A stretch of 64,000 nucleotides of DNA. Source: a virus. The notes beneath the pieces were generated by a model. It had not been told where the DNA came from and ran no database searches. It was given only the letters and a program-made list of their open reading frames with translations. The stretch's first letter is position 1. Each line of letters starts with the position of its first letter. This document shows, piece by piece, positions 56,540-64,000 of the stretch. Position numbers and translations under genes: made by a program. The stretch spans positions 43,113-107,112 of IMG/VR virus record IMGVR_UViG_3300037782_000115, one strand, 5' to 3'.

Positions 56540-57910
56540 ATGCCAAGCCGCCAAGAGATAACTCGCGCGTTTGAATCCAGCACCATGCTCGCCGGGGGCG
56601 AGTCCGCCGTCGAGACCTTCAACATTCAGGCGGACTACCAATCCGCCGACGCGCTCGAGTCCGCCGGCAAAAAGAAGAAGGGGCGCCTCGGCCGGCTGAC
56701 ATGGACATTCAAAACAGCCGACCGTCTCAACAACAATCGCAGAATCTATCCCAGCTCTGCGTTTAAGGTTGCTCTCGAAGATCTCCAGACCAGGGTCGCC
56801 ACGAACACTGTCTATGGCCGACTCGATCACCCGGAGATGTACAGGGACTCTGACTATCTTGTCACGATCAACGATGCGGCAGTCAAGATCCACGAAGTCA
56901 CCATGGCCAACGAGACCGACGTCACGGTCGTTGCCGACATCATGGATAACGAGTATGGCAGGCAGCTTGTGTCGGTCCTGGAAGTCGGCGGCAATCCGGG
57001 CGTGAGCCAGCGTGCGCTCGCCCGGTGGCGAGAGGCCACGCCCGAAGAACGGACTGCATATCAGATCCCAGAAGACGTCTTCGTCAGTGTTGCGGAATCC
57101 ATGCGTCTAATTACCTACGACGTAGTTGGGCAGCCGGGGTTTAGCGATGCCACAGGCGCCAAGGCAACCGAGGCGAATCACACTCAAGGAGCAGAAAAGA
57201 TGACACTCGAAGAATTCAAGGCAAAGCACCCCGACCTGTATGCCAGCATCACCAACGAGGCCAAGGCCGAGGGCAAGAGGGAGGCCGAGAAGAACGCCAA
57301 CGAGGCCAGCCAAACCGCCGTCGCCGAGAAGGACGCCGAGATCAAGGCGTTGACCGAGGCCGCCAACGAGGCCAAAGAGAACGCGAAGGCAGCCATCGAC
57401 GCGCTCGCCGCGGTCAAGCCGGCAATGGAATCGCTCGGCATCGTCAACGAGAAGATCACCGACGCGGAGGCCGCCGCACAGATTGCGACCTCCAAGGCCG
57501 CCCTCGAGGCCGCAAACCAGCAACTCGAGGCCACGAAGGCCGAGCTCAAGAAGGCCAATGAGCAGGTCGAGTCGGCCAATCGGAGCCGCAAGATCCGGAC
57601 AGCACTCGAGGCCGTCGCTTCGCAGTACGACAAGAGTCCTGCCCGGGACGCGATTCTCAAGCTGGTGGCCAAGGGCAACCACGAAGACCAGGCCAAGGCA
57701 CTCGAGGCCGCGGCCGAGATTGCCGAAACTCTCGGCGACCTCACGGTCCCCAAGGCGCAACCCGCCAGCGAGGGCGTCAGCGGCAGTGACATCCTCAAAG
57801 ACCTTCTGAGGAGCAACCCGCAGAACCCGGAGGGCAAGGAAAGCGGCGGTGGTACCCCGGGCAACGAAAGCCTGACCCGCGGCATCTTCGAAGATGGTGC
57901 GTTCGTCTAA
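56540..57910 (+). CDS. Prohead protease (T4 gp21-like) fused to a scaffold domain
   Basis: N.N.RIYP, YGRLDHP, GVSQRA, LITYDVV..PGF; Ala/Glu/Lys coiled-coil C-terminal half. Confidence 0.85.
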   Translation: MPSRQEITRAFESSTMLAGGESAVETFNIQADYQSADALESAGKKKKGRLGRLTWTFKTADRLNNNRRIYPSSAFKVALEDLQTRVATNTVYGRLDHPEMYRDSDYLVTINDAAVKIHEVTMANETDVTVVADIMDNEYGRQLVSVLEVGGNPGVSQRALARWREATPEERTAYQIPEDVFVSVAESMRLITYDVVGQPGFSDATGAKATEANHTQGAEKMTLEEFKAKHPDLYASITNEAKAEGKREAEKNANEASQTAVAEKDAEIKALTEAANEAKENAKAAIDALAAVKPAMESLGIVNEKITDAEAAAQIATSKAALEAANQQLEATKAELKKANEQVESANRSRKIRTALEAVASQYDKSPARDAILKLVAKGNHEDQAKALEAAAEIAETLGDLTVPKAQPASEGVSGSDILKDLLRSNPQNPEGKESGGGTPGNESLTRGIFEDGAFV

Positions 57911-57993
57911 GTCACGAACGTTCAAGCAGTAAGGTCATCGCAGAATCACACAAACGGTAGCGTGAAACCGGCAAAAACACGAGGTATACAAAA

Positions 57994-59262
57994 ATGAGCA
58001 ACCTGAACCCATACGCAATGCCGGTTCCCGCCAACGGAAACAGCCGGCTTTCCAGACAGCGCAAGATGCTTGAGCCGATCATCAGCCAGCACATGGAGGG
58101 CTTTGGCGAAGCACTCGAAGGCGTGACGAGCAAGATCACGCCCGAGCGAACCCGAGCTCACACACTCATGCGCATCGCGCAGTGTGCCGGCCACCAGGCG
58201 AGCCACGTGGCCAGGAGCTTGGTCAGCAAGGGCAACCCGTTCGCTGCGAACGAGGCCACGCTCGCGTCGTCGACGCTCCAGGCCAATGTCACCAACTTCG
58301 TGACGCAGATGATCCACACGAACCTCGAGGTTTACCCGAGGCTCATCGCGCCACGACTGATGTCGGTCCAGCCGTTCACACAGCCGTCGGGCTACATCTT
58401 TTTCCTCAAGCGAATCGCCAAGAACAACGGCGCCGGCGGCGGAGGTGCCGGTCGGTCGCTGGCCGATCTGGACACGTTCGACTCGACCTACGGCGATCAC
58501 ACCAACGAAGGCGACCAAGTCAACGCGGTTGGTGTGCAGCTGACCAAGACCCTCGTTGAGGTCGAGTACATGGCGCTTATGCACCAGGGCTCGCACGAGG
58601 TCGAGGTGGCTCTTCGCAGCCAGTACGGCCTGGATCTTTCGGATCTTGGCAACCTGTTCACCGCCGAAGAGCTCGCATGGGAAGTCGACCGAAAGCTGGT
58701 CAGCGGCCTCTACGCCTTCGCGGCAACCAACCCTCGCGGCGACCTCACCTTCGACACGACCAAGGGCGGCACCTACGCCTCCCTCACGCCATCGGAGCAG
58801 AAGGCCTACAACCAGTCCTTCGTCACCGACATCCTCAACCAGGGCGCGGTCGAGATGGGCCACGACATCTTCCGCAGCCCGAACTTCTATGCCTGCGGCA
58901 CGAATGTGGCGTCCCTGCTTGCCAAGACGCCCAACGCGATGGCTGAGAAGACTGGCGACACTGGCTACTTCGACCAGGCGCTCGTGCAGGGGTCGATCAT
59001 CCAGTCTGGCCGGATGCGAGACGGCACTGTGGTTCTCCATGACCCGCAGATGAACCCCAACCACATGGTCATGGGCCACTACGACAACATGAACCCGTTC
59101 ATGGCGGGCTACATCATGTCGCCATTCGGCATGGCATCGCTGCTCACCGCCGCCTTCCAGGACCCCGACACGCTGCTGCGTAAGCAGGCGCGTGCACTGG
59201 CGTTCGCCCAGGTCGGCGTCAACCCGAAGCAGTACCGCCGCATCCGCCTGACGACCTCCTAA
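57994..59262 (+). CDS. Major capsid protein (T4 gp23-like)
   Basis: YPRLIA..LMSVQP..QPSGYIFFL, EL..EVDR; position; followed by a terminator. Confidence 0.85.
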   Translation: MSNLNPYAMPVPANGNSRLSRQRKMLEPIISQHMEGFGEALEGVTSKITPERTRAHTLMRIAQCAGHQASHVARSLVSKGNPFAANEATLASSTLQANVTNFVTQMIHTNLEVYPRLIAPRLMSVQPFTQPSGYIFFLKRIAKNNGAGGGGAGRSLADLDTFDSTYGDHTNEGDQVNAVGVQLTKTLVEVEYMALMHQGSHEVEVALRSQYGLDLSDLGNLFTAEELAWEVDRKLVSGLYAFAATNPRGDLTFDTTKGGTYASLTPSEQKAYNQSFVTDILNQGAVEMGHDIFRSPNFYACGTNVASLLAKTPNAMAEKTGDTGYFDQALVQGSIIQSGRMRDGTVVLHDPQMNPNHMVMGHYDNMNPFMAGYIMSPFGMASLLTAAFQDPDTLLRKQARALAFAQVGVNPKQYRRIRLTTS

Positions 59263-59290
59263 TCGTCGGACCGACAACCAGAGATCCCAA

Positions 59291-59326
59291 CGGGGCGGCC
59301 CGCGAAGGCCGCCCCGCTTTGTTTTT
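59291..59326 (+). terminator. Intrinsic terminator
   Basis: CGGGGCGGCC-CGCGAA-GGCCGCCCCG followed by CTTTGTTTTT. Confidence 0.8.
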
Positions 59327-59353
59327 CGGCGGCTATGTCGGTAGTATGTCGCC

Positions 59354-59848
59354 ATGCTATGGGGCTTCTTCGACGGCATGCCCGTCAATCATTTCAACGG
59401 GACGATGCACTCCTACCGGCCCGGATGGCTGTACAGCGGCAAGCCGGACTCCTGGGTCAGAAATGAGCGCAACGTGTCAAAATACTCGTCGGTCGCCGAC
59501 GCGTGCAGGAGGCGAGGCGCCAAAACCGTGTGCCTGGTCAGGACCTACGCGCTCGGCGACGTTCTGATGCTGCTGCCGGTCGCTCGCGCGATGAAGCAAA
59601 GCCTTGGGCTAACCCACCTGGCGATCGCGACGTCGGACGAGTATTACCAGCAGCTACGGGGCTGGAAAAACGAGACCGGGATCATCTTCTTGCCCGCGTG
59701 GAGGATGGACAACCAGTTCGGGGCCGATCTGTCGTTTGATCTCGATTCGTGCCTCGAGGCCGATCATTGGGGCGGAGAGGAAAGCCACAAGCACAGGTGT
59801 GTTCTGTACGGCGAGGCTGTTGGTTTGGAGGTCTCATGCGCTCATTGA
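59354..59848 (+). CDS. GT9-like protein, N-terminal domain only
   Basis: LVRTYALGDVLMLLPVARAMK...HR. Confidence 0.65.
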   Translation: MLWGFFDGMPVNHFNGTMHSYRPGWLYSGKPDSWVRNERNVSKYSSVADACRRRGAKTVCLVRTYALGDVLMLLPVARAMKQSLGLTHLAIATSDEYYQQLRGWKNETGIIFLPAWRMDNQFGADLSFDLDSCLEADHWGGEESHKHRCVLYGEAVGLEVSCAH

Positions 59849-60987
59849 ATCTTGAGAGGCTGGTGTATATCGGCGATCGCGACTCTGTCGAGATCCGCGA
59901 AACGGGCCGTCGCTGGCTCTTTAAGTACGGCAAGCCCGTCTCGGTCCCTGCCGACATGGCCGGGAGGATGCTCAGGAATCCCGATTACCAGCGGGAGGCG
60001 GTGTTTGGCCGGCCCATCGACGAGATCTGCCCAGACGGCGGCAGAGTCCTTCTGAGGCGTTACGGCGCTCTCGGGGACGTCATCATGCTCAGAGCTGCCG
60101 CCTCGTGCTTTCTGAGGCACAGAGGCGGCTCGTACGAGTTCTCAGTCAAGACGCAGTCCAGGCACGCCGACGTCTTCGACGCAGACACCATGTGGAGGTC
60201 CGTGATGGCCATTGGGGAACCAGCACCAGCTGTTGAACACGATCATGTCGCCGCGATGGGACAGGTGGCCGAGGCCGATCACCGCGGAGACTGGCGCCAC
60301 CGCGTCGACCTCTTCCTCGGGGCGTTCACGAAGGAAAAACTCACCATCGGACCCGAGGATTGGCAGATCCCCGTCCCGGAGGAGACACAATCGTGGGTCG
60401 ATACGTGGCTCCACGATCGCAAGCTGCTGGCGGAGCAGCGGTCTCGGCCGTTGGTGGGAATTCAGCTGCGAGGGTCTGGGCGGATGAAGACCCTGCCCCC
60501 AGAAGCGATGAATATGCTCATTGAACGCGTTGTCGCGGCCGGCCACGACGTGATCCTGATCGAGAACGACCCAAGAGTCACCGAGAAGTACGAGGCGATC
60601 GATGGTGTGTATTCGATGGCAGGCCGCGACCCGCTGCACTGCATCGCGATGATGAAGCGAACCGATGCGTGCGTGACGATGGACTCCGGGGCCCTGTGGA
60701 TGGCCCACATCGCGGCATGCCCGGTGGCTGTGATCCTTGGGCCAACCAAGCCTGAGCAGCGTATCACCTATCACCCGCTCTACCGCGAAGGACGCGCCAG
60801 GGCGGCGTGCCTGAACGACATCATTGGTTGCCCGGCATGCTTCGAAGCGGCCAAGGCGTGCGGCATGAAATACTCCTGCATCAGGGAGCAGCCCGATTGG
60901 GGCGTGGCTGTTGAGGCGGTTTACAGCGAGCTCAAGTCGGTTCTCGAAGGAGGCCGTGTCCAGCTCCAGACAGAATCGTCTAATTAA
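59836..60987 (+). CDS. Glycosyltransferase family 9
   Basis: RYGALGDVIM, HRVD, VGIQ, VTMDSGALWMAHIA..P..VILGPT. Confidence 0.85.
   Translation: MRSLNLERLVYIGDRDSVEIRETGRRWLFKYGKPVSVPADMAGRMLRNPDYQREAVFGRPIDEICPDGGRVLLRRYGALGDVIMLRAAASCFLRHRGGSYEFSVKTQSRHADVFDADTMWRSVMAIGEPAPAVEHDHVAAMGQVAEADHRGDWRHRVDLFLGAFTKEKLTIGPEDWQIPVPEETQSWVDTWLHDRKLLAEQRSRPLVGIQLRGSGRMKTLPPEAMNMLIERVVAAGHDVILIENDPRVTEKYEAIDGVYSMAGRDPLHCIAMMKRTDACVTMDSGALWMAHIAACPVAVILGPTKPEQRITYHPLYREGRARAACLNDIIGCPACFEAAKACGMKYSCIREQPDWGVAVEAVYSELKSVLEGGRVQLQTESSN
60977..60984 (+). promoter_or_regulatory. CGTCTAAT motif (candidate late promoter, leaderless)
   Basis: 5 nt before the ATG at 60990. Confidence 0.5.
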
Positions 60988-60989
60988 CC

Positions 60990-61709
60990 ATGGCCATAAA
61001 CATCGCAGACCTTATCACAGAGCTCAAGATCAACGCCCCCTCCGGCGTCGAGATCCCGCGGACCGACCTCAACGCCGAGGCGACGTCCGTGATGACCCGG
61101 TGGGCCGAGGACGCCGCGCAGAAGATCAACGAACGCCGCGGTGTCACAACGATGCTCGAGACGATCATCACGCTCGTGGCCGATACCACGGATTACAGCC
61201 TGCCCGCGGCGTGCCAGACGGTCCACTCCATCCAGCGCGAGCGGTCCGAGTCACCCCGCATCGAGGTGCTTGGGATACCGGTCAGTGCGGACAGCATCAT
61301 GGGACCGATCCCCAACGGGTTCCTGCCCAACGGGCAGAGCGTCACACCATCGATCGACAGGATCCGCAGAACAAACCTCCAGCACATCGTGCGCGAAGAC
61401 CAATTCGAGATGATCGGCGGCAAGATTCGGTTCCTCTTTGACATCGTCGCCGGCGAGGATGTCAAGGTGAAATACTCGGCGATCGACCGATCTCTGGCCA
61501 ACCTGGGCGATGACCGATTCACAATGATCCTGAACTACATGATCGTCGAGAACATCGACTACTTCATCGGCAGGTATGGCGCATCGATCAGTGTCGACGG
61601 GGACCACTTCGGCGCAGATACGATACCGGCCTTGTACCGGCTCAGGGCCGAGCGGCACGGCAAGTGGATCTCGGAACTGAACAGCATTGCCCCAGAGGCT
61701 CAGACGTGA
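60990..61709 (+). CDS. Putative head-tail adaptor/neck protein
   Basis: Position; ITLVADTTDYSLP motif. Confidence 0.55.
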   Translation: MAINIADLITELKINAPSGVEIPRTDLNAEATSVMTRWAEDAAQKINERRGVTTMLETIITLVADTTDYSLPAACQTVHSIQRERSESPRIEVLGIPVSADSIMGPIPNGFLPNGQSVTPSIDRIRRTNLQHIVREDQFEMIGGKIRFLFDIVAGEDVKVKYSAIDRSLANLGDDRFTMILNYMIVENIDYFIGRYGASISVDGDHFGADTIPALYRLRAERHGKWISELNSIAPEAQT

Positions 61710-62329
61710 TCACCATCCAGACCAAGATCGACGGTGCGGCCGAGATTGTTCGAGCCATGGACGCCATCGAGGGGGCCATCGACACGGCGGTGTCGGGATC
61801 GCTCGGGCGCCGGGTGGGCAAAGAGGGCGTCCGGATCGTCAAGAAGCTCACGCCGCGCCAGCGCAGCAGGTCCAGGACTGGATCGACAAAGCGAGGGTTT
61901 CCGCCGCTGCACTCGCAGTGGGAGTTGATCGAGCGCGTGGCCACGGGCAACAAGTACGAGGCATCGATCAGGAACCGGGCAGCGTCGAACCCAGAGGGGC
62001 TGGCAATTCTGGCCTCACTCGAGTTCGGTGCCAAGGCTCACGACATCTTGCCGGGCGGCCCCTACCCGCTCAAATGGAAAGACACGTCCAAAACCAGATT
62101 CGTCGGCCGCACATCGATTCTCGACAGCGGTCGCGTTGATGAGGTCAGGATCGGCCGGGTGCCGGGCGCCGAAGTGTTCGCTCGAAAGGTGCGCCACCCA
62201 GGCAACGCCCCGTTCCACATGGTCGCCGATGCTCGCGAAGAAATGAAGCTGATCGCCGACGCGGTGCTCATAAACTTCCAACAGGAGATCGAACGGACTT
62301 TTGGTTCGCTCACAATCCGCGTAAGGTAG
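61706..62329 (+). CDS. HK97 gp10-like tail-completion protein
   Basis: LEFGAKAH.I.P...LKW...VFARKVRHPG. Confidence 0.65.
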   Translation: MITIQTKIDGAAEIVRAMDAIEGAIDTAVSGSLGRRVGKEGVRIVKKLTPRQRSRSRTGSTKRGFPPLHSQWELIERVATGNKYEASIRNRAASNPEGLAILASLEFGAKAHDILPGGPYPLKWKDTSKTRFVGRTSILDSGRVDEVRIGRVPGAEVFARKVRHPGNAPFHMVADAREEMKLIADAVLINFQQEIERTFGSLTIRVR

Positions 62330-62333
62330 GCCA

Positions 62334-62897
62334 ATGCCCCCGACACTCACCGATCCCGACTACCTCGTCATGGAGGCCCAGCAGGCCAACATCGCCCGCA
62401 TTGACAGCGGCGTAGTCTTACTCGGCACAGACGGCAACGGCGATCAGATCGAACTCTTTGGCCCCACCCCGGATCTCATCCTGATGTGGGACGAGCCGAT
62501 CCGGCTGATCGAAGACTCCGTCCTCCAGGGGTGGGAGCGGATTATCACGATCAGGCCGTCCACAAACAACATCGTCGGCGCCAATACAGCAAGAACCGAC
62601 CGTGTGTTCTTGTACACCGTGTTCTTTTTGGTTCGCCTGAACCAGCAGGAGATCTCGGCCGACCGCGCCAAGGTGGTCACTGACGGCGTCAGGGCCCGCA
62701 ACTCGCTCGCCCAGAAGGTGCACAAGCTGAAGCAAGACTTCCACCATGTGTTCTACGACAACCTCAACCTGATCACAGACGACTGCCCATCCGGCGTCGT
62801 CAACCACGCACAGTACAACCTCCGGTACAGCCAGGATCTCAGCTACCCACAGGCCTTGTTCATGGCAGATATCAGCTGCGAAATAAACGCGGGTTAG
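62334..62897 (+). CDS. Putative tail terminator protein
   Basis: Position between the gp10-like gene and the tail tube. Confidence 0.45.
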   Translation: MPPTLTDPDYLVMEAQQANIARIDSGVVLLGTDGNGDQIELFGPTPDLILMWDEPIRLIEDSVLQGWERIITIRPSTNNIVGANTARTDRVFLYTVFFLVRLNQQEISADRAKVVTDGVRARNSLAQKVHKLKQDFHHVFYDNLNLITDDCPSGVVNHAQYNLRYSQDLSYPQALFMADISCEINAG

Positions 62898-62910
62898 CGC
62901 GGTCCTCCGG

Positions 62911-62918
62911 CGTCTAAT
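62911..62918 (+). promoter_or_regulatory. CGTCTAAT motif (candidate late promoter)
   Basis: Intergenic, before the tail tube gene. Confidence 0.5.
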
Positions 62919-62968
62919 TACCCTGCGAGGGGTCGGATTTGTCCGTACTCACGCAAGGAGCACGCCAC

Positions 62969-63994
62969 ATGACCTGTCGCCCGAATCGCGCCACCGGCAG
63001 TCGAACCCAGCTTTCGGTCCAAGAAGAGACATGCTGGGGCACCCTTGGGGAAAATTCCGACCCCGTTGCCGCCCAGAACCCGATCGGTTTCGACTTTGAG
63101 ACCGAGAGCCTGTCCAACCAAATCAACTCGATCGACTCGGCCTTGCAGCGAGAGGACCGCATGCGATCGGCCCCCCAGCTGGGCAACCAGCGGCCGGGCG
63201 GCACGATCAGTGGCGAGTTGCAGCCCAACGGCGCCTGGCCCCTGATCATGAAGCACGCCCTGGGCGGCAGCGTGACCACCAATGGTTCGGGTCCCTATGT
63301 CCACGAGATGGAGGGGGATGTGACCCTCCCAGAGGGCCTGTCGATCCAAAAGAAGTTCAGCTACCCCAGCGGGGCAGTGAAATACTTCCACTACCTTGGG
63401 TCCCGTGTGCAGCAGGTCGAGATCACGGCGGCCAACGAGGGCATCATCAAGGCCGCGGCCGAGATTCTGGCCAAATCGGAAACCACGCCGATTATCCCGT
63501 TCGACACGCTGCCGGCCTATCCGGCCAGTAATGAGCCGTTCAACTCGTTCCACGGCGCGATCATGCTCGATTCGAACGCCGACGGCACAAGGACGCCGAT
63601 CTCGACACTCAGCCGCCTGGTGCTCCGCGTCAATAACAGCATCGATGGCGACCAGTTTGCCCTCGACGGGTCTCCCTATCGCGCCGACCTCCCGGAGGAT
63701 CAGCGCATCGTCAGCGGCGAGGTCGACGCGTTCTTCACACAGGACAACTTCGCGCTGTACGAGCGGACGATCGCAAACGACACTGTCAGCATGGAGTTCA
63801 CGATCAGCCGCGGCGCCCTCTCTTGGCAGTTCACGCTCCCGGCCCTCAAGTTGCGTCTCCAGACGCCACAGGCCGGCGGCAGGGGCCCCCTGACACTGAC
63901 CAGCACATTCGAGGGCTTCCGAGACCCGGTTCTCGGCACAGACATCATGCTGGCCATCACCAACAACGACCCGTCGATCTCGACCGCTGCATAA
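62969..63994 (+). CDS. Major tail tube protein (siphovirus-type)
   Basis: ATGS..QL...EET.WG, ESL, GG.ISGEL, SIQK, Y.G..V, R.VSG. Confidence 0.8.
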   Translation: MTCRPNRATGSRTQLSVQEETCWGTLGENSDPVAAQNPIGFDFETESLSNQINSIDSALQREDRMRSAPQLGNQRPGGTISGELQPNGAWPLIMKHALGGSVTTNGSGPYVHEMEGDVTLPEGLSIQKKFSYPSGAVKYFHYLGSRVQQVEITAANEGIIKAAAEILAKSETTPIIPFDTLPAYPASNEPFNSFHGAIMLDSNADGTRTPISTLSRLVLRVNNSIDGDQFALDGSPYRADLPEDQRIVSGEVDAFFTQDNFALYERTIANDTVSMEFTISRGALSWQFTLPALKLRLQTPQAGGRGPLTLTSTFEGFRDPVLGTDIMLAITNNDPSISTAA

Positions 63995-64000
63995 AGCGCG

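Noticed and set aside
1-64000. Reverse transcriptase/DGR, retron, group I/II intron or alternative genetic code
   Set aside because: No RT or homing-nuclease motifs were recognised, and core genes are uninterrupted under the standard code

Overview
This is a 64-kb segment of a GC-rich tailed dsDNA phage genome (Caudoviricetes). The host is unknown and no host chromosomal genes are seen. Organisation: (i) 1-2.4 kb (+), the tail end of a glycosyltransferase/methyltransferase/sulfotransferase/GNAT cluster. (ii) 2.4-28.0 kb (-), an accessory/early arm with an ASCH protein, an SF2 helicase plus N6-adenine methyltransferase module with an HU-like gene, a serine recombinase, a DciA-like gene, a MoxR AAA+/vWA-metallopeptidase cluster, many small hypotheticals and two perfect parS-type palindromes. 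(iii) A repeat-rich, strand-skewed divergence region at about 26.4-28.8 kb that is a candidate genome end or origin. (iv) 28.8-45.5 kb (+), an arm driven by sigma70-like promoters. It opens with a tandem array of winged-helix-like proteins with C-terminal membrane anchors, followed by small paralogous genes, structured non-coding regions, a tRNA-Met, a tRNA-like RNA, a C5 DNA methyltransferase and a DnaA domain-IV protein. (v) 45.5-64 kb (+), the late genes: fibre-like proteins, SSB, a ParB-like protein, terminase, T4-like portal/protease/major capsid, putative lysis genes, two GT9 glycosyltransferases right after the capsid gene, and neck and tail-tube genes. Several late genes are preceded by a CGTCTAAT motif. 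All protein calls come from motifs recognised by eye; no database search was run.
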